Positions 33,336 to 42,101 of a DNA stretch of 64,000 nucleotides are shown piece after piece. The notes under the pieces were generated by a model, which saw nothing but the letters and a program-made list of their open reading frames with translations, was not told where the DNA came from and ran no database searches. The DNA lies in NCBI GenBank assembly GCA_034520965.1, contig JAXHMY010000007.1, forward strand, positions 32,001 to 96,000, given 5' to 3'. The translations under genes were made by a program, and so were the position numbers. This stretch comes from Spirochaetia bacterium. Its GTDB lineage: Bacteria; Spirochaetota; Spirochaetia; DSM-16054; Sediminispirochaetaceae. Within the stretch, counting starts at the first letter, position 1. Each line of letters starts with the position of its first letter.

Positions 33336-34130
33336 ATGACCGAACATGGTCAAATTACTATTGATGGAAAGGAAATTGAGGCTGAAAAGGGAGCCAATTT
33401 GCTGGTTACGGCCCGTAAGAACGGTTTTGATATACCAAGCCTCTGCTTTCTGGAAAAACTTACTCCATCTGCTGCATGCCGAATGTGTATTGTAAAAATA
33501 GAGGGAAGGCGGGGTTTGGTAACCGCTTGTTCCACCCGGTAGAGGAAGGCCTGCAGGTTACAGCCTTTAACAAGATGAGTTGAGGATTGCGACGGACCGC
33601 TTTGGAGCTGCATTTAGCGGAACATGATTATGAGTGTTCGGTGTGTGACGCCAATGGCGAGTGTGAACTGCAGGACGTTGCATACCGTTACGATATAGGT
33701 GTCGAGAAAAACAGAAGTATACCCAGTTTACCCATGGGTAATCAGGAGGGAAGTATCCGGCTTGCCCAGTGGCGGGAAGCTCTCCGCCGGTTACTTGGAT
33801 CACGAAGCTGCGAAGTGTATTGGCTGTGGACGCTGTATCCAAGCCTGTGATGAGATTCAGGAAAAAGGGGTTTTGGGCTTTGTGCATCGCGGTTATCATA
33901 CCTTTGTATCTGCTGAATTCGGAGCATGGAAGAATTCAACCTGTGACGGCTGCAGGGTAAGGGTAATCACCCGCCGTGGGGATATTGAATCTTGCGCGGA
34001 AAAGAGCTGTGGTAGCTGCGGATGTATCCCGTTTCATTTTCATGAATCCCCGGCCAATCGTCTTACCAATGACGTACTGGATCCGGTGGCAAAGATTCCG
34101 GAGCTGAAGGTCACGTGTATGTCGGATTGA
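33336..34130 (+). pseudogene. Internally deleted formate dehydrogenase alpha-like gene
   Basis: 2Fe-2S/4Fe-4S N-terminus (IPSLC, ACRMC, KCIGCGRC) joined directly to the C-terminal tail (TRRG, PANRLT, DPVAKIPELKV). Confidence 0.72.
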
Positions 34131-34756
34131 AAAATAGGAGTAGCGGTGAAGGAAAAAAGGGACATCTACCCGCCGGGATACTTGCCGGAGGCCGGAGCAG
34201 GCGGCTTGGCCGGAACAAGGCCTTTCTAAACTGGCAGGGACGTTCTCTGATAGAGTGGTCGGTTATGCGGGCGAAGGGAATTACTTCGAATGTATATCTG
34301 CTGGGAAAGGATAGGGCTGCGTATCAGCACCTATCCTGTCCGGTGCTGCCTGATTTTTACAGCACCTCTTCTCCTCTAAGTGGAATATTGACAGTTGGTC
34401 CTTTTGTAAAGCAGTGGCTGCTGCTGTTGGCCTGCGATATTGTAGTGTTCTCCGACCGCCTGCTTCCCTATTTATGGGAGCAGCGTACAGCGGGCAAGGC
34501 GGTCGTAGTTCGGTCGAAGGAGGGCCTGCAGCCATTGCTCGGGTTTTATCCTGTTGAGCTTATGGGGTACTGGGAACGGGCCTATCAAAAGGGAAGGTAT
34601 AAACTGCAGCCGACACTGCAGAGGATGCCGCGGGTTGAGGTTTCCGAATCCGATCTTCCCCGCCCCCAGCAAGGAGGGGCTCCGTTTCTGAATATCAACC
34701 GAGCTGCGGATGTAGAACAGCTGCGGAGTCTCAGAATCGATATGTCGGTGAATTAG
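34115..34756 (+). CDS. mobA: Molybdenum cofactor guanylyltransferase
   Basis: ILAGGRSRRLGRNKA, LACD, QPLLGFY, FLNIN. Confidence 0.85.
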   Translation: MYVGLKNRSSGEGKKGHLPAGILAGGRSRRLGRNKAFLNWQGRSLIEWSVMRAKGITSNVYLLGKDRAAYQHLSCPVLPDFYSTSSPLSGILTVGPFVKQWLLLLACDIVVFSDRLLPYLWEQRTAGKAVVVRSKEGLQPLLGFYPVELMGYWERAYQKGRYKLQPTLQRMPRVEVSESDLPRPQQGGAPFLNINRAADVEQLRSLRIDMSVN

Positions 34757-34914
34757 GGGATTCGAAGAAGCTCCTCTGCGCGGACGCAACTTCACAGTCC
34801 TGCTTTACAGTTGTGTATACTGTCAAACCAACTTGAAAACTATGATAATTGGGTCTATTCTTTCATGGAATTAATTTTACATATTTATTGCTATTTAAAT
34901 AACTGGAGAGATAA

Positions 34915-36769
34915 ATGAGAAATCTTGCTTCAAAAATTGTCCTTATGACCGTCGGGGTCGCGCTGTTAATTGGTTTTGTAACCGGTTTTTTTATGTCAAC
35001 ACTGCTGCTGCAGCAAAGTCGCGAAGGCCTGCAGTTGTATGAGAAATCCCTACGGGAAGGATTTGATGCGATATCATAAAGTATGAAGTGCAGACTGTTC
35101 ACTCGATGCTTGCGACGATCAAGCAGATGGAGGATGAGAGGCGTTTCAAACAGGATGAGGCAAAGAAATTAGCCGCAGATATTACTCAGGAATGCGTTAT
35201 GGTGATGACGGTTATTTCTGGGTGGATACCAGCGAAGGCCGGAATGTGGTCCTGTTGGGCGGAGATTCGGAGGGGACTAACCGTATGGATCTTCAGGATG
35301 TAAACGGCAAATACCTGATACAGGAAATCATCGAGAAGGGAAAGCAGCCTGGAGGAGGCTTTACAGACTACTGGTTTCCAAAAGCGGGAGGAGACGAGGC
35401 CCTGCCGAAGCGCGGGTTTTCCCTCTATTTTGAACCCTTCGATTGGGTAGTTGGAACCGGAAACTACACCGACGATATTGATGCAATAGTAGCTGAACAA
35501 CAGGAAACATTCATTCAGCAGGCGAGAGCGTCTATCTCAAAAATGCTGGGCATATTAGGAGTAGTACTGGTTGCTGCACTTCTGTTTGCATATTTTTTCA
35601 GCCGCCGTATTGTAAAACCGGTGAAGAGGGCTAATGAGCTGCTGAGAGAAATTGCTGAAGGGGGTGGGGATTTAACGCGTGAACTGCAGGTAGCCGGCCG
35701 GGATGAGATTGCAGATTTAACCGCCAATTTTAACCGCTTTGTTGAAACCCTCCGTTCAATCGTCAATTCAGTGAAGGGCGAGGTAAATCAGGCCCATCAG
35801 CAACGGGATGCCATTGTGGCCGGGGCGACCGAAACTGCTTCCTCCGTAGAAGAGATTTCCGCCACAAGCAGTTCAATTTTCTCTCAGGTTGAAAGGCTGA
35901 ATTTGCAAGTATCGGATACCTCAAACTCTATGGAGAAAATAAGTTCAACCGTAAATAAACTTGAAAATCATATCAGCAATCAAGCCTCGGCGGTAGAGGA
36001 GTCGGCCGCATCAATTAATGAGATGGTGGCCTCAATTCAGAGTGTAGCTACTACCACCTCGGAAAAACGGGGGCGGATAGAAGATCTGCTGAAAATTACA
36101 AAAAATGGTCGGGAAGAGATTGCCCGCACCGAAAAGAAAGTGGATAACCTCAATGCGCGTGTCTCCGAGGTTATGAACATAGTGCAAATGATCAATGACA
36201 TTGCCGATCAGACCAATTTATTGGCGATGAACGCCTCAATAGAAGCGGCACATGCAGGAGAGTCGGGTCGCGGTTTTGCGGTAGTGGCTGGGGAAATCCG
36301 TAAGCTGGCTGAATCATCTTCAAGTAATGCAAACCAAATATCGGAAACCTTGGAGAGTACTGTCGACAGTATATCAGAATTAAAAACCTTTACTGAGAAC
36401 TCGGTACAAACCTACCAGGACATAGAAGTGAGGGCCAATGAAGCAACTGAAGCCTTTACCGAAGTTTCCGCTACTATGGAAGAGCTTTCTACCGGGGCTA
36501 CGGAGATCAATAATGCGGTTGAGTCTCTGCGTGAGATTACCGCTGAAGTGAAAAGTGGTTCCACTGAAATGACCAACGGTGCAGATTCGATCAGTGCTTC
36601 CACATCAAATGTTGAAGAGGTATCGCAGAATGTGTACCATGCAGTATCAGAGATCGATACCGGTATACAGGAGATCAATGGGGCGGTATCAGATTTGAAT
36701 GAAGCTATCCAGCTGATTTCTGAAACTATCGATGCAATCTCAAAGCAGGTAGAACAATTCGTAACCTAA
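34915..36769 (+). CDS. Methyl-accepting chemotaxis protein, Cache-HAMP-MA (5' frameshifts)
   Basis: [61 protein letters not shown]. Confidence 0.92.
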
Positions 36770-36797
36770 GCTGCTGCGTGAAGAAGGGAGCAAAAAT

Positions 36798-37990
36798 ATG
36801 AGCGAGCTGTTGTACTATGAATCTCCATATGAGACGAGCTTTACCGCTACTGTAACTTTAGTTGAACCGCAGAAAGGGGGGTGGGCGGTTCAGCTTAACC
36901 GCACCCTGTTTTACCCTGAAGGGGGCGGTCAGCCCTCGGATATCGGCTGGATCGATAACATTCCGGTTATCCGGGTAGAGAGAGCGCGATGATAAGGTAT
37001 GGCATTACCTGGAGGACAAACCTGGACATTCCGAAGTCCGGGGACTGATCAAATGGAGCCATCGCTTTGATTACATGCAGCAGCACACCGGACAGCATAT
37101 CCTCTCGGGAGTCATGTACCGGCGTTTCGGCTACAACACGGTTGCCATTCATCAAGGTGAAGACTTTACCACTATCGAGCTCGATATCGAGGATATCTCT
37201 AAAGAAGATATAGAAGAGATCGAAACTGCCGCAATGGAGCTGATTAACCGTAATTTACCGATGCGTACCCGCTGGGTGAAAGATTCGGATTTGGAAAAAT
37301 ATGATTTGCGGCGCCAACCGAAGGTAAGTGGAGATATACGGCTGGTGCAGCTTGATACCTACGATGCGGTGGCTTGTGGGGGGATCCATACAGTCACTAC
37401 GGGTGAGGTAAAACTGCTCAAACATATATCCACCGAAAAAATCCGCGGCAGAGTACGGCTTTACTGGAAAATAGGCGAACGGGCTATGCTTGATTATGAT
37501 TACAAAAATGAAACTGTGCTGACCCTGGTGGATTGGTTCTCTGCCCAGCCGCAGGAACTGCTCCCGCGGGTAGAGGCTTCCCTGCAGGAGCTGAATGAGC
37601 AAAGGAAGCGGGCCAATATCTTTGAGAGCCGGGTCGCTCGGTTGACTGCTCAACAGCTGTTAAGGGATGCCCATGGCGAGCCGGCGCTTATTACGGCTGA
37701 ATTTGAGGATGAAGGGAAAGATTTTCTTAAAAAACTGGTCCAAGAGCTGCCGGCTGACCTTCCCTGGGCTGCCTGTGTGATAAATCATCAGGGCGAGAGC
37801 TTTCAATGGCTGGTGGCCGTATCCGAACAGGTCGAATTTGATTTTAACAAACAGAAGAAAGAATTATTGGCCCTTATCGATGGAAAAAGGGGGCGGCAGG
37901 CCTCCTGTGTGGCAGGGGGTCGGCAGTCGCAAAGAGGGGATACCCGAGCTTATTTGAGCACTTTAGCGCTCAATGGCGGTGATAGGCTAG
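36798..37990 (+). CDS. AlaX-family alanyl-tRNA editing protein (frameshifted; end approximate)
   Basis: TLFYPEGGGQPSDIG, MQQHTGQHILS, ACGGIHT. Confidence 0.88.
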
Positions 37991-39024
37991 GTGCCGACCG
38001 GTTCCTGGCCGGTATACTGCAGATAGGCATCCTGGTCAATCGGATAATCCCAGCAGCCCTGACGGTGAAGTGAGTAGCCTCCGAAACCGGTTTTGAATCG
38101 ATACAGGCCACACATGGGGTGGGCGGGTTGTTCCGCCGGTGGAATACCAAACAGATCATAGGAAACACATTTTTTCTGCTGTGCCAGCCGTATAGCCTCC
38201 CACTGTAGACGGTAGGTAGGCATGAGGTTCCGTTGTTCACCTCGGGATGCGCCATACAAATAAGTGGCGGTGGTTCCGTGCAGGGCCAATATCATTCCGG
38301 CCAAGGGGGTGTGGTCTTTCTCTGCCATAAGCAGGTGTATTTCGGTATTGGGCAGGTCCTGCGTCTGCTCTACCTCCAACAGTTTCTCAAAATTTTGATA
38401 GGCGTGCAGGGAGATTCCGTTGCGCTGCGCCGTTTCAGTATACATTCGGTACCATTCGTGTAATCGGTTAAAATGAGCATCAGAGACTCTCACTCCCTTT
38501 CGCTCGGACAAACGGATGTTGTATCTGGTTTTCGAGCGCATCTCCCGCAGCAGCTGATCGCTGTCTTTAGAGATATCCAAGATGCGTGTATCCGGCGGTT
38601 GAACGTCGGTGGGAGATTTACGGAGGTTTTTCTGTCGGGTGCCGAAGTTCATACGCAGTTCGCGGATACGCTCAGAGGGCGAGGGTTCGTCCTGATAAGG
38701 TGATTTCCAGGGTAGATCGTACCTGATAAACAGACAGCCTGCAGGGAGAAAGCGGCGGAGCTGCTGCGAGAGTTCTTCCAGAAAAAGGCCGCGAAACTCC
38801 TCCGCTACTGAAAAGGTCGGCGCCCAGGGCACGTAGGCGTAAGAATAAGCGCTTGAGGGCTGCTGGATGAACACTAGGAGGGAATCGTGATGCCCCTGCC
38901 AGTGTATCTGGAAGGCAACCGGCTTCCAGCCCATTCGATTCTTTACCATGGCCCAAAAGCGTGATTGCATGAGATTGCGGCGGTTGTGCATATTTTCTAT
39001 TGAAATATGCTGTAGACGGAGCAT
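37987..39024 (-). CDS. FemAB/FemX-family peptidoglycan bridge aminoacyltransferase
   Basis: LMQSRFW, KTRYNIRLSERKGV, YLYGAS, YDLFGIP, GLYRFKTGFGG. Confidence 0.9.
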   Translation of the reverse strand: MLRLQHISIENMHNRRNLMQSRFWAMVKNRMGWKPVAFQIHWQGHHDSLLVFIQQPSSAYSYAYVPWAPTFSVAEEFRGLFLEELSQQLRRFLPAGCLFIRYDLPWKSPYQDEPSPSERIRELRMNFGTRQKNLRKSPTDVQPPDTRILDISKDSDQLLREMRSKTRYNIRLSERKGVRVSDAHFNRLHEWYRMYTETAQRNGISLHAYQNFEKLLEVEQTQDLPNTEIHLLMAEKDHTPLAGMILALHGTTATYLYGASRGEQRNLMPTYRLQWEAIRLAQQKKCVSYDLFGIPPAEQPAHPMCGLYRFKTGFGGYSLHRQGCWDYPIDQDAYLQYTGQEPVGT

Positions 39025-39026
39025 AC

Positions 39027-40067
39027 CTATCGCGACTCCTTTGGCTGGGACTCCTTGGCCCGGTCACGGTTAAGCAAAACCCACTCAAGAAACTGGTAAT
39101 TTACTTCCCAGGCGTGGGGGCCGTATCCACCGGCCATTAAATATGCAATTGGGATTGATCTCTCGGCTAAAAAGCTGTAGATGACTTCATCCCGTTCTTT
39201 CAGCTGTGCTAAGCTAAGTTGCAGTTCTGCGGTAGAGTCGAGGCCGTCAAGCTCGTAAGGATCTGCTCCAAATACCACCACAGCCAGGTCCGGCTTGGGA
39301 AGTGCCTGTTCCAGTGTGACCAGTCCTGAGTGCAATGCCGATGCATATTCCGGTTCCTGCCCCGATTTAATGGGGATATCTACGGTGCTTGGTATAAACG
39401 AGGGGTGCTCTTGGTCATCGTTATCAAAGCGAGGCAGGTCCATCGGCCAGCCCTCGGCCATGTGAATGCTCAAAGTGGCGATTGATTCATCATTTGCTGT
39501 GAGGGCTGCAGTACCATCACCCTTATGAGCATCGCCGTCAATGACCCAGGCGGTTTTAATGTCTCCCTGGGCCTGGAGTTTACGAATTGCTATCACGATA
39601 TCGTTAATTATGCAGAATCCATGTCCGAAATCGGCGTGGGCATGATGAAACCCGCCGCCGAAATAGAAACAGGATTCTTGCTGCAGCGCTGTGCGCATGC
39701 ATTGCAAACTGCCGGCGGTACGGGTGCACATTACCTTAAAAATATCAGTAAGGGGGCTCTTGGCCAAAGCCGGGTTAAAACGATGGTAGTTGCCATGTTC
39801 GTCTATCAGCTCATAGGCTTGCTGCAGTAAGCTTTCGAGTTGTTCCGAGTAGAGCTTCTGTACATAGGAGTTAGAATGTACCCGTGCAATATCTTCCCGA
39901 ACTATCTCCTCAGTTTGGCTAGTTGTAAGGAGTTCGGGTATAAGCGGACCTATTATTTTATGCCGCTGAAGAGCTTCGATGGTGGTAGTGGCCCGATTAT
40001 CAAGTACCGGAATCTGCATGCCGAAATGCTGCAGCCCCGGCAGGTTGGGGTAAAAAAGTAGTTGCAT
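39027..40067 (-). CDS. Histone deacetylase family protein
   Basis: GGGFHHA, GFCIIND, IDGDAHKGDGT, GADP, AGGYG. Confidence 0.9.
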   Translation of the reverse strand: MQLLFYPNLPGLQHFGMQIPVLDNRATTTIEALQRHKIIGPLIPELLTTSQTEEIVREDIARVHSNSYVQKLYSEQLESLLQQAYELIDEHGNYHRFNPALAKSPLTDIFKVMCTRTAGSLQCMRTALQQESCFYFGGGFHHAHADFGHGFCIINDIVIAIRKLQAQGDIKTAWVIDGDAHKGDGTAALTANDESIATLSIHMAEGWPMDLPRFDNDDQEHPSFIPSTVDIPIKSGQEPEYASALHSGLVTLEQALPKPDLAVVVFGADPYELDGLDSTAELQLSLAQLKERDEVIYSFLAERSIPIAYLMAGGYGPHAWEVNYQFLEWVLLNRDRAKESQPKESR

Positions 40068-40111
40068 GGCCTCTATTGTAAAAACTTTTTAGCAATCACT
40101 CAAGGCGAACA

Positions 40112-40243
40112 ATTCTAAATTTGGAAGTCGGAAAACTTCCAAATTTAGAATTTGTTTCATTTTCTTAGCAAAATTTCGTGTATCTGAAACGGTTATAGCC
40201 ATTCTAATTTTGAATATTGCATTGCATTATTCAAAATTAGAAT
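40112..40243. repeat. 132-bp palindrome doublet 1
   Basis: attctaaatttggaagt-N6-acttccaaatttagaat (40112-40151) and attctaattttgaata-N11-tattcaaaattagaat (40201-40243). Confidence 0.8.
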
Positions 40244-40340
40244 CGTTGTCAAGGCGCTTTTCTACTTGCCCAAGACAAAAATAAAGTTTATTATATATAT
40301 AATATACTATACTAAGGCTAACTAAAGCATTGGGGGGAAT

Positions 40341-40724
40341 ATGGGTTTTTTATATGTAATTGGAACATTGATTATTCTGTTTTTTGGATTTCAATATTTT
40401 ATGGTATTGAAAATGAAGTTGAAAAAGGGGAAGAATGCTCCCGAGCTTTCGGGAAAGCATGCCAAGGCCGTCAGCTCAGGAAAAAAAGCTATGTTCTATT
40501 TTTACAGTCAGAGTTGCGGGGCGTGTAAGGCTATGACTCCGATAATTGAAGGGTACGCCCGCAGTAACCCAAATTATTTCAAGGTTGATATCCAGAATGA
40601 CATGGACACTGCCCGCAAATTCGGAGTTATGGGAACCCCTTCGATGGTGATTATTGAAGGCGGGAAGATCCGGGAGTTCCTGGTAGGGCCGGTCTCTGAG
40701 GAGAGACTGCAGGCATTGCTGTGA
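40341..40724 (+). CDS. Membrane-anchored thioredoxin-family protein
   Basis: N-terminal TM, SCGACK, MGTPS. Confidence 0.85.
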   Translation: MGFLYVIGTLIILFFGFQYFMVLKMKLKKGKNAPELSGKHAKAVSSGKKAMFYFYSQSCGACKAMTPIIEGYARSNPNYFKVDIQNDMDTARKFGVMGTPSMVIIEGGKIREFLVGPVSEERLQALL

Positions 40725-40773
40725 AGCTGTAGATGCAGGGGGGCAAGCTGGCGAGGTCTAAGGCTGACCAACT

Positions 40774-41209
40774 TTAAGATGGAGCCTGTCCTCCTGGTTC
40801 GTTTTCTGAGCCTCTATCGTCTGTCTGTCCGCGTTGCATGCGGGCAATTATTTCAGGGAATTCGTACACCAGCATGCCGTTCTCATCCACTTCCATCCGT
40901 ACCCGCTGATTATCTACCATGAGATTGAATCAGTTCTTCCGCAGCCTGTACCTCCATCCCTGTTTCAATCACAATATCCGAGACCGTTATTTGCCCCTCC
41001 AGTTGATACGCAAGCTTATATATAGAGACCTGTTTTGATTCTTTACTGGGCTCACTGTCACGATATGTAGGTTCAAAGCTACTGTAGTAATCGTCAAGGT
41101 ACCAGCGTGACTGGTGGTGTTTTGATGGGGCAATAAAATGCCTGGCTATCATGTAGAGAATAAACACAGGAAATACAAAAAAGAAGGGGCCCCAAATAAA
41201 AAACATCAC
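40774..41209 (-). CDS. Hypothetical membrane protein with winged-helix-like tail (frameshifted)
   Basis: TM N-terminus; GQITVSDIVIETG continues in another frame to RMEVDENGMLVYEFPEI. Confidence 0.55.
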
Positions 41210-41288
41210 CTACTCCTACTCGTTTATCAGGCTACAGTATACAAGCAAAACTACTATTTGACTACTTTAGAGAGGGTACACCACAGGA

Positions 41289-41420
41289 ATTCTCATTTTG
41301 GAAGTCATAAGACTTCCAAAATGAGAATACCCAAAAAATCTTTAAGATAAACTACTTATCTTAAACAAAATGTAAGCATTCGCAATTTGAAAATTTTCCA
41401 AAAATTTTCAAATTGCGAAT
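41289..41420. repeat. 132-bp palindrome doublet 2
   Basis: attctcattttggaagtc-N4-gacttccaaaatgagaat (41289-41328) and attcgcaatttgaaaatttt-N3-aaaattttcaaattgcgaat (41378-41420). Confidence 0.8.
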
Positions 41421-41441
41421 TGCTGGGGTACACCATGGAGA

Positions 41442-41768
41442 TTGGCGATAAACTGTCTGCAGCGATTCGCTATTAGACGGTCTCGTATGCTGACGCTGCC
41501 GGTATCAAGCATTACACAGAATGGTTTTCGCTGGCTTGAAGGGGCCATTATGGGGGTATATCCTGACATCATCGTGGCACCATCAATTGTGCTGGTAACA
41601 ACCGATTCTCGCAACTTCAAAGAGTGCAGCGACAATATATACCGGTTTATTCCATTTGTTTTAGACCGATCGCTACTGGGGTCTATACATTCCACAAACG
41701 AGCGTGTTCCCCTGGATACACTTGCGAAAGCGGCCAAGGTATACGCCCGATTATTTGAGCATTTCTAA
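41442..41768 (+). pseudogene. C-terminal fragment of an M20 peptidase
   Basis: TTDSRNF, IYRFIP, IHSTNERV; N-terminal portion absent. Confidence 0.65.
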
Positions 41769-41797
41769 AAAATTACAAGCAACAAAGGGGCGGTACA

Positions 41798-41875
41798 TGA
41801 GTACACAACAGCAGCAAGCCGCGCGCAGCAGTCTGCAGATTGGGAAAAAGGCCTTTTTATCCGCTATTATCGCCT
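41798..41875 (+). pseudogene. Probable N-terminal stub of a YfcC-family transporter
   Basis: MSTQQQQAARSSLQIGKKAFLSAII, then a switch to AT-rich unrelated sequence. Confidence 0.4.
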
Positions 41876-42101
41876 CGGATTACTTTTCCTACCATTTGGT
41901 TTTTAGCTGTTATCTCATTATCCACTCAACAATAAGCACTTTATTGAAAGCTGCCTTAAGAATCGTAATTCCGTACGTATAACGTGGTAGAGCTATTTCT
42001 GTATCCGCAATGGGGCAGCCAGGGCACCAATCCCCGCGCCGCCGTCGTTATTATGAACGACGGGCGGGGTCTCGGATGCACCTAAAGGACGGGACCGGAA
42101 A

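Noticed and set aside
40112..41420. Palindromes as integron attC sites
   Set aside because: No RYYYAAC/GTTRRRY ends, no extrahelical bases and no integrase.
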